Shown one piece after another: positions 1 to 13,047 of a stretch of DNA of 64,000 nt. The stretch lies in NCBI GenBank assembly GCA_964016885.1, contig OZ024743.1, positions 157,542,001 through 157,606,000 of the forward strand, given 5' to 3'. This DNA comes from Eledone cirrhosa. Taxonomy: Eukaryota. The translations under genes were made by a program, and so were the position numbers. The notes below the pieces were generated by a model. That model was given only the letters and a program-made list of their open reading frames with translations. It was not told the origin of the DNA and did no database searches. Numbering within the stretch: the first letter of the stretch is position 1; the number at the start of each line of letters is the position of its first letter.

Positions 1-1813
1 ACTAGGGTACCTGGCATGGGTGGGTCCTTGATCAATTTAGATGAGCCGAAAGCTTTCGATAGGGACGACCATCATTATCTGGCGGCAGACCTGAGGGCAG
101 TTGGCTTCGGTACTGTCTTCAGAGACTGGATTGGCCGTGCACAGCGGCATGTGCTCTGTGGTGAGAGTGAACGGTCACCTTTCGGAACTGTTCAACATCA
201 TGCGCTCGGGCCGCCAAGGATGACCACTCTCGTCCCTGGTGTACCTATTGAATCTCGAGCCATTACTCCACAGACTGGAGACGTTGAGTGGGGTCCCGCA
301 CGAACTGGGATGCGGAAGAACTGTGTCAGCATACGCAGACGACGTCACCGTAGTGGTGTCGAACGCCAAAGACATCGAGGCGATCGGCACCACACTAAGA
401 GAATACTAAGCGATGCCTGTGTCTCGGCACCTGGAGAGGCAGGCCCATGGGTCCAATATCGGTTAAATAGCTAAGGGTCTGGTTCGGTCCGGACCTCCAG
501 GCGGACAAAAACTGGGACGAGGTGACGAACAGGGTGGCCTCTCTCACCCAGAAATGGGCCGAGATTAACCTATCCCTGACAGGTCGAGTGGAAGTGGGGA
601 ACGCGTACATAGCGTCCGTCGTCTATTACCACCTGACCGTCGTGCCTTGTTCTAAGCCTCGCCTGGCTGTGCTGGAGCGTTTGCTCTTTCGCTTTTTGTG
701 GAAGGGATGTCTCCAATGGTCAGACGTTCATCTGCTGTCAACACCCGATACGCGGAGGGCTGGGCATGCTATGTCTAATGATGCGCAGACATTCGCTCAG
801 GCTGCGGCATCTCCACCACTTCCGCGACGGTGATCAGGTGTGGTCGCGGTTTGCTAGACGCGAGTTTCCCCAGCTTGTCTCCTTGACGGAACTGCAATTC
901 TGGATCAGGAGAGGACCGAGAGGAAGCGCTTGGTGACTGCAATGTCTGCAGGTGCTTACAACCCTCGACCAGTCGGGCAATAAGATCAGTGGAAACTGCA
1001 ACATGGCGTTCTATAGAGGGTTAGTGGGGGGGAAAGAGTGACGACGTTGTTGGGGAAAATCTGGGCGCCGACGAAAACCAACTAGCCAATCTCTTCGGGA
1101 GAATTTTCGGGCCTGGACCTATGGGCAACATCCAGAAATCCCTGGCCTGGCAGTGCTACCGAGGACCCTTGCCCGTTGGCGATAAACTCTACAGGCATGG
1201 AAGTGCCGTCAGCCGAGCCGGTCCGAGATGCGTGCAGGGCAATGAAACCGTCCTGCACGCACTCATCCAGTGTCCGAGCATTGCTGAGTGTGGGTTTATG
1301 TCGAACACGTTTAGCCGGAAGGGCAAGCAGTTTGTATCTGCTTGGTGGCCATGGTAAAAGAGATCGTATGGTGGACACGTCTGAAAGCGTCGAAGACGGG
1401 TACTTCCTTCTTCGGTGACGCCCTCATTAACTTTTTCAGGTTTCACCTGAAAAGGAAAATCAGGGTAGAGGGGAAGTGCTGCCTTCCAGCCAGTTTGTTG
1501 AAAGTTGGGGGAGAGAGGCCAGAATCGCCCGTGTGAATGGACCTACCCTGAGCGTGTGCCTGTAGCATAGTGGGAGGAAAACTGGAAGAGGGCATTTGCC
1601 CTAGCGGTCACGGTAACCGTGGCTGTTTTGTGGGCTTTCTCCACGAGCGTCCCTCGGCAATCTCCCCCCTATTGAGGAAAGGTTCATTGTTTCCTTTTTT
1701 TCTTACAGCCTCTGTTTATTTTGTTGTTTTACACGCAGAAATGCCCATTTGTTTTTTCATGTGATGTCCTTAATGTTAGACTCTGTGTCAATCCTTGTGG
1801 TCAATAAAGAAAC
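1..1813 (+). mobile_element. Tx1/L1-clade LINE, 3' part of ORF2 (RT to C-terminal zinc finger) plus 3' UTR, frameshifted
   Basis: Fragments encode LINLD..KAFDR, SAYADDVT (327-350), WFGPD, 'WQCYRGPLPV', 'CPRC..NETVLHALIQC'; ends ccttgtggtcaataaagaaac. Confidence 0.9.
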
Positions 1814-1817
1814 ATCA

Positions 1818-2790
1818 ACCTCGGCGGACTAGTGGAGGAGAGGGCGACGACGTTCTCGGAGAGATCCTGGGCGTCGAAGAAAATCAGCTTTTTGCTCTCT
1901 CCGGAGAACTTTCAGCCCAGGACCTATGGATAACTTCCAGAAATCCATGGCCCGGCAGTGCTACCGGGCAGCTTTGCCGGTTCGCGATAAGCTCTACAGG
2001 CACGGAAGTGCCGTCAGCCGAGCCTGTCCGAGATGCGCGCAGAGCGGCGAAACCGTCATGCACGCACTCGTTCAGTGCCCGAGCATTGCTGACTTGTGGA
2101 GCTATGTCGAACAGTTGCTGTCGCGTGGAGGACCAATCCGGTTATCGACTGAGTCCAATATGCAGATGGTCTCGCCGTCTTCCTTCGAGGAGGAAGGGTA
2201 GGCGGTTTTCATCTGCCTGGTGGCAATGGCGAAAGAGATTGTGTGGTGGACAAGGTTGAAAGGGTTAAAAACAGACACTTTCCTCTTCGGCGAATCCCTG
2301 ATTAACTTTTTCAAGTTTCACTTGAAGAGTAAAATCAGGGTGGACAGGCAAGTGCTGCCTTCTAGCAAGTTTGTTGAAAGGTGGGTGAATGTAGCGAGAA
2401 TGGTCCGAGTGAACGGGACAGCTCTGAATATACGTCTGTAGTTGAGAAATGGAACAATTGAGAGAGGGCGCTTGCCCTGGTGGTCAGTGTGGCCGTGGTC
2501 TTTTGTGTGGTTTTCGCCACGAGTAACCCTCGGAGGTTCCCCCCGCCCTATTGGGGAATTTTTCATTGTTTGAATTTTCATTTTTATTGTTTATATATAT
2601 GTTTCTTATTGTTTATATATATGTTTCTTATTGTTTATATATATTTTTCTATATCTTTTTTCTTTTTCGTTTCTTATATAAATAATACAAATCTTTACAC
2701 GCACAAAACACACATCGTACCGTCCTGTACCGTCCTGTACCGTCTGTAATGTTTTTCTTGATGTCAGCCCTTGTGGCCAATAATGAAATC
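1818..2790 (+). mobile_element. 5'-truncated Tx1/L1-clade LINE (ORF2 C-terminus + 3' UTR)
   Basis: ORFs 1926-2201 and 2220-2441 (ACPRC...ETVMHALVQCPS, EIVWWTRLKGL) are paralogous to the preceding copy; ends gcccttgtggccaataatgaaatc then (ATT)n. Confidence 0.9.
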
Positions 2791-2882
2791 ATTATTATTA
2801 TTATTGTTCTTTGAGTCTCAGTCATTGATGTTATTTAACTGGAAAGTTTGTTGAAGTGAATTTCAAGCCGCTACCTGCAGTC

Positions 2883-5800
2883 TCATATATTCAGGACGTA
2901 TCAGAGGGTTCTTGCTGCTCCCAGCAAGCATGCCTTTTGAAGTGTTCCAAAAAGCGGGGCTGGATTAACTTTCTTTAACCATCCTTGAAAACTCTTTGAG
3001 ATAGTACCTAGTGCCCCTATGACAATCGGGACGACTTTGACTTCATGGCAGTTCCAAATCCTTTTTACCTCCCACTTTATGTCCTGGTATCGGTTAATCT
3101 CCTTTGCTTGCACTCTCGTGTCAAATGGGCAGGCTATATCTACAATCAGGCACGATCTTTTTTCCTTGTCCAAAACCACCAGGTCAGGTCTATTGTGTTC
3201 CAGTTTCTTGTCCGTCTGTATCCTAAAATCCCATAGCACCTTCACCTGATCGTTTTCTATCACCGACTCTGGCTTATGCTCATACCACTTCTCAGAAAGT
3301 GGTAAATTTTTTTACTTTGCATAGGTGCCAGTGGATCACCCTGCCTATCACATCATATCTCCAGCCTTTATAGTGAGTCGGGGTTAGGTGTTTACACTCG
3401 GATACAATGTGAGCCACAGTCTCCTCTCTCTCTCCACAGATCCTACACAGTGGGCTAGCCTCCTCCTTGTAAATATGGTGTTTCACCCACTTCGTTTTGA
3501 GTGCCTGCTCTTGCGCAGCCATTAGCATTCCTTCTGTAGCCTTTTTAAGTCCTCCTCTTTTTAACCAGTTCCATGTCTGTGGATTTCTAAATTCAGTTTT
3601 CTCAAAGAAGGTACTATGAAAGGATTTTTCATGAAGGTTGGTCTTCCTCCTTGTTGTTATTTCCTCCTTGGACATCCCCTTGTCTATTGTCTTCTCCTTC
3701 AGTACAATTCTGAGCATTGGCTCCCTACTGTCGGTTACGTATTTGTGCAGGTTGTTTTTCTCCATCTGAACACAGTCCTCTATGCTGATAAGACCTGTTC
3801 TACCTTCAGATCTCTTTAAGTAGAGTCTATCGACATCACTCCTCTTCTGGGTCATGTTGTAGATAGTCAATAGCTTCCTAGTCTTCCTATCCATTTCTTT
3901 TTGTTCAGCAACATTCCCTTTCAGAATTCCCGCACTCTACCTAATAATAGACACAGCTCAAGAATTTACTGCACTTATTACATTCCTACTATTTAGACGT
4001 GATTTTAATACGCTCCTTACTCTCCTATTGTATTCAGATCTTATCAATTCCTTCATTTTTTTGTTCTTGATATCATCTGCCTCCAGAACACCTAAATATT
4101 TGTATCCTTCTTCAGTGTCAATTTCCTTTATCATCTCACCCGTTGGTACCTGGATTCCGTTGCTTCTGCTCAATTTACCCCTCCTCATCACTAGTACTCC
4201 ACACTTATTAATACCAAATTCCATACATATATCATTGGTCAAAATACGAACAGTGTTAACAAGTAGATCCAAATCCTTCTCACTCTTCCCAAAGTGTTTA
4301 AGATCGTCCATGAAGAGGAGGTGGTTGATGGTAAGCTCTCCTTTTTCCAACCCGTATCCTGTTCTCACTTTTCGCAGTATTATGTTCAGCGGTATCAGGG
4401 CAAGGACAAACAACAGAGGGGACAGACTCTCTCCCTGGAAGATACCTCTCTTGATCTTCACGCCTCCCATGATTTCTCCACCCGATGTTAATTCTGTTTC
4501 CCAGGACTTCATACTTTTGCTCAACAACTTTCTGATGTGATCTGCCACCTTGAAGAACTCTAGGCTTTTGGTTATCCAAGAATGAGGTACCATGTCGAAT
4601 GCCTTTTTATAGTCTATCCATCCCATGGCAAGACCAGTGAGTCTCCTCTTGCAATTCCTCATTAGCATCTCATTAATAAGTAGCTGGTCTTTTGTACCAC
4701 GGGACTTCTCTCCGCATCCTTTCTGTTCGTCCGGTAACAAGTTTCTTGTGTGGAGGTGATGGTAGATTTCCTCAGACACAATGTTTGTTAACAGTTGCCA
4801 CATTACAGACAGACAGGTGATAGGTCTATAGTTGGTAACATCATTACCCTTGATTCGGTCTTTCATTACCAGGAATGTGGTACCCTTTGTCAACCACTCT
4901 GGTACCTCACCCGACATCAAGCAGTCATTGAACATGGTTGTCAGTTTCGGGTGGAGGGATGTTATATTTTTAATCCAATACCCCTGTACACCTAGTGATT
5001 TCCAGTTGGTTAGTTTTCTGGCCTGCCCTTTAAGATTTCCACTGTGATACTTAAATCAGTTTGTTGGTGTGCTTGTTCACTAATCTCCTGTTGCACTGTC
5101 TCAATCCACACTGCCTGATCATTATGTTCAACATCCTGCTCCCATATTCCTCTCCAGAATGCCTTAGTCGGTTCCGCCGTAGGGATCAAGTTGTTGCCTC
5201 TTTCTTTCCCTTCAAGCTGCCCAAAAAACATCTTCTGGTTGTTGTCAAACATGCGGTTCTGTCTATACTGTCTGACTCTTCTCTCATACCGCCTAATATT
5301 TGCACTCTTTGCTACAATGCATTGCTTCAGTTCCTCTATGATAATATTTAGCTTTTTCCTCCTAGTTTTGTACTTTATTTCCAGACTATTTTCGTGTCTC
5401 ATTCAGTAGGGACTCAAGCTTTCCAATGTCATTTCTCATTTCCCTGATTTGACCATTCAGTCGTTTCTTCCACCAAGGGTCTGATCTTTCTTGTTTGTTG
5501 TTTCCTCTCGCTTTTATGCCAAGTAATTTCCTCACCGCATTTGCTGTTGCTTTGAGGATATTTTTGCAATGGTGAAGGTTCCTCGCCTCAAGGTATGGGA
5601 TGACTTTATTTACCTTAGCTGGTGTTTCTTTTAACTTTTTCCTGTCTACAAATCTTAGGTTCATAGGTTTCCCACTATCATTGTTCATTTCATCTACCAC
5701 TAAGTTTAGGATATCAACTAAATATTGTCCTAGCCCGTCAGCATTCATCTCCTTAATAGCCGTACCTTTGTTCCAGATGTTATTTATGTCAGCATTCAGA

Positions 5801-6274
5801 TCATTGTCTGCTTCGGGTGCTTCCTCCGTTCTCTCAACCTCTTCACCTTCATTTCCCACTGGCTCGTTTGCCTGGCATACTCCACTCTCCATTTCCAACC
5901 TAATCTCTCCGCTCAGTTCCTCCAGTTCCAACTCGCTTATCCATCCAATAGCTCTTTTTACCCGGGCCTGCCCGGCCAATTTTTGTTCATCTAATTTAAT
6001 ATAGGCCAATCTCGTTCTAGATGTTATGCATCCGTTTCCTATAGCCTTTTTCCTTGGGGTTACTCTTCAGGTAACATTGCATAACAGTTCTATTCAATTC
6101 TTTCGTCCAGTTGGTTCTTGTCCCTTTCCTTCCTCTTCTTCCTCCAACACCAGCAGTATTTGGATGATTGCCAGATCCCTGCTGCTGAGCCAGGGAGCAA
6201 TTGCTGAGTGAGAGTCTGTCACATAACGTTCCAGTCTCCTTTTCACCGCTATTCGAACTGTTTAGGTTCGACAT
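2883..6274 (-). pseudogene. Disrupted RT-RLE polyprotein ORF of R4/Dong copy 1
   Basis: Collinear ORF pieces 6017-6274, 5386-6009, 5010-5402, 3958-4935, 3292-3894, 2901-3263 broken by stops and frameshifts. Confidence 0.88.
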
Positions 6275-6669
6275 TTAAACAATTTAAAGGATTGGTGAAT
6301 GTATGGTTACATTACCACCGGTGATTTCATCACCCCCAGTTATATCATCACCCCCGGTGATTTTACCGTGGCACCATCACGCTGTAGACGATCATAAATA
6401 AAGAAAACAAATAAATAGATAAAAACTTAAAAAAATAAACATAAATTTCATTGTAATGTTTGAATGTCTGACTTAGATTTTTTATGTTTGTTTGTTTTTT
6501 TTCCTTTGCGTTTTTCGTTTTTCAAGGCCAGTAACATCGGTTACTAGTGTTGTTGTTGCTTCTGCTGCTAAGGGAAGTAGGGGTTGTTGTGTTCAAAACT
6601 TTTGAAATTTGTGTTTGTTGTTGCGTTTGCTTCTGTTTGTGTTCGGTTCTATAATTTTTCGACATGTTG

Positions 6670-7050
6670 CTTATCGACTTTGTCTTTCATCCTTACGGGG
6701 TCGATAAAATAAAGTACCACTAATGCACTGGGTAATTGCTGGCCTTGTGCCTAAGATAGAAACAATTATTATGGCAGTATCGGTAGAGGGTCGGACGCCA
6801 TGCTTTGACGCATAGTGTTACAGCCCTTGCCATTCTGAGTTCAAATCCCGCCGAGGTTAACTTTGCCTTTCATCTTTACGGGGTCGATAAAATAAAGTAC
6901 CAGTAATGTACTGGTTAATTGCTGGCCGTGTGCCAATAGTAGAAACAATAATTATTTTTATTTTTCCTTTCATCCTTACGGGGCCGACAAAACAAAGCCC
7001 CAGCAAAACACAGGGACAATTGCTGGCCCCGTGCCAAAAGCAGAAACAAT
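6670..7050 (+). mobile_element. Cluster of three tRNA-derived Nin/Deu-domain SINE copies (one full, two partial) inside the R4 5' region
   Basis: B-box-like gagttcaaatccc, core ttgcctttcatcc.tacggggtcgataaaataaagtacc, tail gctggccttgtgcc..agaaac followed by (ATT)n. Confidence 0.85.
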
Positions 7051-7655
7051 TATTATTATTATTATATTATAGTTTAGATTTGACATCGTTTAAACTAAAC
7101 ATTTGAGAGAGTTTAGAGATACAACAACATAATTATTTTGGTGTTGTTGTTGTTGTTAGCTGCTTGACCGAGTCACTAACCCAGTCTATTTATATCTTTT
7201 GATACCTTCCTCGCTTCTTTTCATGTGTAGCGTCACTACCACCATCCCTCTCTTAAGTGGTGAGGGAATAATGGTGGTAGCGATGATGCAGTGGTGGCGG
7301 TGGTAATGGGACAGCAGTACTATTGGGATGGTGCTGGTTTGTATTTGGCTAGATTTTTTGTGGTAGTAGTGATAGTGATGGTGGCGGCGGCGGTGGTGGT
7401 GTTGGTGGTGAAGTTATTTGGCTGTTGTTTTCTAGCCATTTTCTGACTATACAATTTCTGGTACAAAATTAAATATTAAATATTGGGGCCCTATGACATA
7501 ACGTGATGCGTTGTCGCTTGCTGAGAGTCAAACTGTAATCTTATGTTTCACTTGTAATAAGAATGATTCTATCACAATTGTTTTAAATATGTAAAAACTC
7601 AAAAACTTACGGGAGCGATTCCATAACACTCTATCCACCATGTGTGTATCTTCCC

Positions 7656-7708
<53 letters not shown>

Positions 7709-7715
7709 GTTATTA
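7656..7715. repeat. (TTA)n microsatellite separating the two R4/Dong copies
   Basis: Direct reading. Confidence 0.95.
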
Positions 7716-7791
7716 CTTCTTGAGTCTCAGTCATTGATGTTAGTTAACTGGAAAGTCTGTTGGAATGAATATTAAGCCACTATCTGCAGCC

Positions 7792-10700
7792 TCAGATATT
7801 CAGGACGTATCGGAGGGTTCTTGCTATTCCCAGCAAGCATGCCTTTTGAAGCGTTCCAAAGAGCGTGAAGGAGCCGATTTTCTTTAACCATCCCTGGAAA
7901 CTTTTGGAGATAGTCCCCAGTGCGCCTATGACAATCGGGATCACTTTCACTTCATGGCAGTTACAAATCCTTTTTACCTCCCACTTTAAGTCCTGGTATC
8001 GGTTAATTTTCTCCCTCTCCTTCTCTTGCACTCTCGTGTCGAATGGGCAGGCCACATCCACAATCAGGCCCGATAATTTTTCTTTGTCCACAACCACCAG
8101 GTCAGGTCTATTGTGTTCCAGTTTCTTGTCCGTCTGTATCCTAAAATCCCACAGCACCTTCACCTGATCGTTTTCTATCACCGCCTCTGGCTTATGCTCA
8201 TACCATTTCTCAGAATGTGGTAAATTGTTTACTTTGCACAGGTGCCAGTGGATCACCCTGCCCATCACATCATGTCTCCTGCCCTTATAGTGGGTCTGGG
8301 ATAGGTGTTTACACTCGGATACAATGTGAGCCACACTCTCCTCTCTCCACAGATCCTGCACAGTGGGCTAGTCTCCTCCTTGTAAATATGGTGTTTCCAC
8401 CACTTCGTTTTGAGGGCCTGCTCCTGCGCAGCCATTAACATTCCTTCTGTAGCCTTTTTAAGGTTTCCTCTTTTCAACCAGTTCCATGTCTGTGGATCTC
8501 TAAATTCAGTTTTCTCAAAGAAGGTACTATGAAAGGATTTTTCCTGAAGGCTGCTCTTTCTCCTTGATGTTATTTCCTCCTTGGACATCCCCTGGCCTAT
8601 TGACCTCTCCTTCAGTACAGTTCTAAGCATTGGCTCCTTACTATCAGTCACGTATTTGTGTAGGTTGTATTTCTCCATCTGAACACAGTCCTCTATGCTG
8701 ATAAGACCTCTTCCACCCTCAGATCTCCTTAAGTAGAGTCTATCGACATCACTCCTCTTGTGGAACATGTTGTAGATAGTCAATAGCTTCCTAGTCTTCC
8801 TATCCATTTCTTTTTGTTCAGCAACATTCCATCTCAGAATTCTCGTACTGTACCTAATAATAGACACAGCTCGGGAATTTACTGCGCTTATGGCATTTCT
8901 GCTGTTCAGATGTGACTTCAATACGCTGCTTACTCTCCGAATGTATTCAGTTCTTAACAATTCCTTCATGTTTTTGTTCTTTATGCCATCAGCCTCCAGA
9001 ACGCCCAAATACTTGTATCCTTCCTCAGAGTCAATTTCCTTTATCATCTCACCTGTTGGTATCTGGATTCCGTTACTTCTGCTCAACCTACCCCTCCTCA
9101 TCACAATAACTCCACACTTACTAATACCAAATTACATACATATATCAGTGCTGAAAATACGGAGTGTCAACAAGCACATCCAACTCCTTCTCACTCTTCC
9201 CGAAGAGCTTAAGATCGTCCATGAAGAGGAGGTGATTGGTGGTAAGCCCTCCCTTTCCCAACCCGTATCCTGCTCTCACTTTTCGCAGTACACTGGTCAG
9301 GGGCATCAGGGCAAGGACAAACAACAGAGGGGACAGGCTATCTCCCTGGAAGATACCTCTTATGATCTTCACACTTCCCAAGGATTCTCCAGTTGATGTC
9401 AACTCTGTTTCCCAGGACCTCATACTTTTGCCCAACAACTGTCTGATGTTATCTGCCACCTTGAAGATCTCCAGGCTTTTGGTGCTCCAAGAATGAGGCA
9501 CCATGTCAAATGCCTTTCTGTAGTCTATCCATCCCATGGCAAGATCAGTGTGTCTCCTCTTGCAATTCCCCATTACCATCTTATCAATAAGTAACTGGTC
9601 CTTTGTACCACGTGACTTCTTTCGGCATCCTTTCTGTTCGTCCGGTAACAAGTTGTTTGTGTGGAGGTGATGGTAGATTTCCTCAGACATAATGCTCGTC
9701 AACAGTTTCCACATTACGGACAGACATGTGATAGGTCTATAGTTGGTAACATCATCACCTTTGATTCGGTCTTTCATTATCAGAACTGTGGTACCTTTTG
9801 TCAACCACTCTGGTACCTCACCTGACATCGAGCAGTCATTGAACATGGTTGTCAGTTTCGGGTGGAGGGATGTTATATTTTTAATCCAACACCCCTGCAC
9901 ACCATCTAGGCCTGGTGACTTCCAGTTAGTTAGTTTTTTGGCCTGCCCCTTAAGAGTTTCAACTGTGATACTCAAATCAGTTTGTTGGTGTGCCTTTTCA
10001 CTGATCTCCTTCTGTACTGTCTCAATCCACACTGCCTGGTCATTATGTCTAACAACATGCTCCCATATTCCTCTCCAGAATGTTTTAGTTTGTTCCGCCT
10101 CAGGGATGAAGTCGTTGCCTCTTTCTTTCCCTTCAAGCTGTCCAAACAGCATCTCCTGGTTGTTGTCGAACATGCGGTTTTGTTTATACTGACTGACTCT
10201 GTTCTCGTATCGCCTGATTTTTGCACTCTTTGCTACAATGCGTTGCTTCAGTTCCTCTATGATAATATTTAGCTTTTTCCCCCTAGTTTTCGTCTTTATT
10301 TCCAGTCTATTTTTAGTGTCTATGTTTTTTAGTGTCCCATTCAGTAGGGACTCAAGCTTTCCAATGTCATTTCTCATTTCCCTGATTTGACGACTTAGTC
10401 GTTTCTTCCACCAAGGCACTGCTCTTTCTTGCCTGTTGTTTCTTCTAGCTTTTATACCAAGTAGTTTCCTCACCGTATTTGCTGTTGCTTTGAGGATATT
10501 GTTGCACTGGTGAAGGCTCCTCGCCTCAAGGTATGGGATGACTTTGTTTACCTTAGCTGTTGTTTCTTTTAACTTTTTCCTGTCTACAAATCTTAGGTTC
10601 ATAGGTCTCCCACTATCATTGTTCAATTCATCTACCTCAAAATTTAGGATATCAACCAAATCTTGTCCTAGCCCGTCAGCATTCATCTCCTCAGTGGCCG

Positions 10701-11210
10701 TATCTCTGTTCCAGGTATTATTTATCTCAGTATTCAGATCATTGTCTGCTTCGGGTGATTCCTCCGTTCTCTCGACCTCTTCACCTTCATTTCCCACTGG
10801 CTCGTTTGCCTGGCATACTCCACTCTCCATCTCCAAGCTAATCTCTCTGCTCAGTTCCTCCAGTTCCAGCTCGCTTATCCACCCATTAGTTCTTATTACC
10901 CGAGCCTGTCCGGCCAATTTTGTTAATCTAATTTAAATAGACCAATCTCGTTCCAGATGTTATGCATCCGTTTCCTATAGCCCCTCTCCTTGGGGTTACT
11001 TTTCAGGTAACATTGCATAACAGTTCTATTCAATTATTTCGTCCAGTTGGTTCTGGTCCCTTTCCTTCTTCTTCTTCCTCCGACACCAGCAGTATTTGGT
11101 TGACAGCCAGGTGTCTGCTGCTGAGCCAGGGAGCACCTGTTGGGTGAGAGTCTGTCACATGACGTTCTAGTCTCCATTTCACCGTTATTCGAACTGTTTA
11201 GGTTCGACAT
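7792..11210 (-). pseudogene. Disrupted RT-RLE polyprotein ORF of R4/Dong copy 2
   Basis: ORFs 9145-10917 (590 aa with RT: GIFQGDSLSP, HLLFMDD), 8265-9104, 7792-8361; ATG at 11210 matches the copy 1 start. Confidence 0.9.
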
Positions 11211-11568
11211 TTAAACACTCTTATCGAGGATTGGCGAATGTATGGTTCTATAACCACCGGTGGATTCACCGCCTCCGGTGGTTGCGTCACTCCACGTGGC
11301 TCTTGTGTGGCATTATCACGCTGTAGACGAACACAAATAAACAAACAAACAAACAGGCAGAAAAAACCCCAAAAATGAACAAGCATAAGTTGCATTGTAA
11401 TGTAGTGTTCGATTGTCTGACTTAGTTTTTCCCTTCCTTTCTCTGTCCGTCCGTTTGCTTCTCTCTTCATTCTTATTTTCTTTAAGTTTTTTCTTTGTTG
11501 TTGTTGCTGTGCTGCTTTGATTTTGATTTTTTTTTTTTTTTTTAGTCTATTTATATATTTTGATGCCT

Positions 11569-12090
11569 TCCTCTTTTTTAGTAGGAATTCTACAATGTGG
11601 TGGCGGTGCTGTGCTAGCAGCAACTAGCAGGAGGCAGTGGGAGAGAATAGCGGCGGTAGCGATACTGAGGCAGTGGTGGTGGCGATGTGGTCATATTACT
11701 GTAGTGATGGTGTCCTCTTTTAGTAGGAATTCTACAGTGTGGTGGTGGTACTGTGCTAGCAGCAACTAGCAGGAGGTAGTGGGAGAGAATAGCGGCGGTA
11801 GCGATACTGAGGCAGTGGTGGTGGTGATGTGGTCGTATTACTGTAGTGATGGTGTTGTAGTTGGGGTATAAATTTGAGTCGATTTGACCAGAGTTTTCAT
11901 CGTGGTAGTGGTGGTGGTATTGGTGGTGAAATAATAATCTGTAGTCGTTTAGTAGTGGTGGTGATGTGGTCGTATTACTGTAGTGATGGTGTTGTAGTTG
12001 GGGTATAAATTTGAGTCGATTTGACCAGAGTTTTCATCGTGGTAGTGGTGGTGGTATTGGTTGTGAAATAATAATCTGTGGTCGTTTAGT
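11569..12090. repeat. Two overlapping ~140-bp tandem duplications within the R4 copy 2 5' region
   Basis: ttttagtaggaattctaca...gtagtgatggtgt occurs at ~11575 and ~11717; gtggtggtgatgtggtcg...gtcgtttagt at ~11818 and ~11954. Confidence 0.8.
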
Positions 12091-12870
12091 CATTTTGCCA
12101 TTTTCGACTCCAATATTCCTGATCCAAAATTAAATATTAATCTTGTTTATCAATATTGTCTAGTGGTATCGCCATCCTCCCCTTTCGTAAGTTAACAGAA
12201 GGTAGTGGGGGGATAGCGGTGGTAGCAATGAAGGAGTGGTGGCGGCGGTGATGGGATAGTGGTAGTAATGATGGATGGGCGGCGGCGGCGGTGACTGTAG
12301 TGATGGCGTTGTCGGTACTGAGTTTTGTTGGAGGACTGTATTTTGTCCGTTCGGTGAATCTATGGGGTTAGTCGCGTACATGTGTTGACATAAATTCCCT
12401 TAATGTTGGAATTAAACATTTTGTTAAAACTTGGGACAATAATAATAGTAATTATTATTATCATTATTACGTTGAGGTTGGTTGTGGTGGTGGTGAAATT
12501 GCCGATATCTGGCTGTTGTGTTTAGTGTACACAGAGAGGTGATGGGGTAGGTGGTGTATCTAGTTTCTGGTGTTGGTGAGATTGCTGTTGTTTGGCTGTT
12601 CTATATAGTGTAGATAGAGGAGGGGGGGTTCTTCTTCTTACATTTATAGCCATTTTCTTTTTTGAATATACAATGTACAATACAAAGTTGAATATTTGAG
12701 CCTTATAACAATATATTTTGGGTCCGAATTTTTGGGGGGCTCAAGCCGGATGCTTTACGTAACATTTGTACTAAGAATTGTTATTTCACAAATGATTTAA
12801 ATATGTTAAAAATTCAAAACTTACGGGAGCGATTTCACGACCTTCTATCCACCACGTGCGTCTTCCTCCC

Positions 12871-12919
<49 letters not shown>

Positions 12920-13010
12920 GAATGCTATGGTTGACGGAGGCTCGGCTCTGTAAGGTATTGTAAATTTTGACCGCTATAACAATTGTAAATTGTGTAAAAC
13001 TTTAACCAAC

Positions 13011-13046
<36 letters not shown>

Positions 13047-13047
<1 letters not shown>

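Larger units (their letters stand above)
2806..7655 (-). mobile_element. R4/Dong-like non-LTR retrotransposon, copy 1, near full length, bounded by (TAA)n
   Basis: RT motifs YRPITCL, IDYKKAFD, GIFQG, HLLFMDD; CRICG..ETVAHIVSEC knuckle; RLE RPDLVV..IVDIACP; TAA tracts at both ends. Confidence 0.9.
7716..12870 (-). mobile_element. R4/Dong-like non-LTR retrotransposon, copy 2, near full length, bounded by (TAA)n
   Basis: Collinear with copy 1 from the 3' end (tgagactcaagaa) to the 5' end (gggag...aatcgctcccgtaagt); same RT, CCHC and RLE motifs. Confidence 0.92.

Noticed and set aside
4028-10936. Plus-strand ORFs conserved between the two R4 copies
   Set aside because: Antisense shadows of the retrotransposon ORF with no independent protein features.
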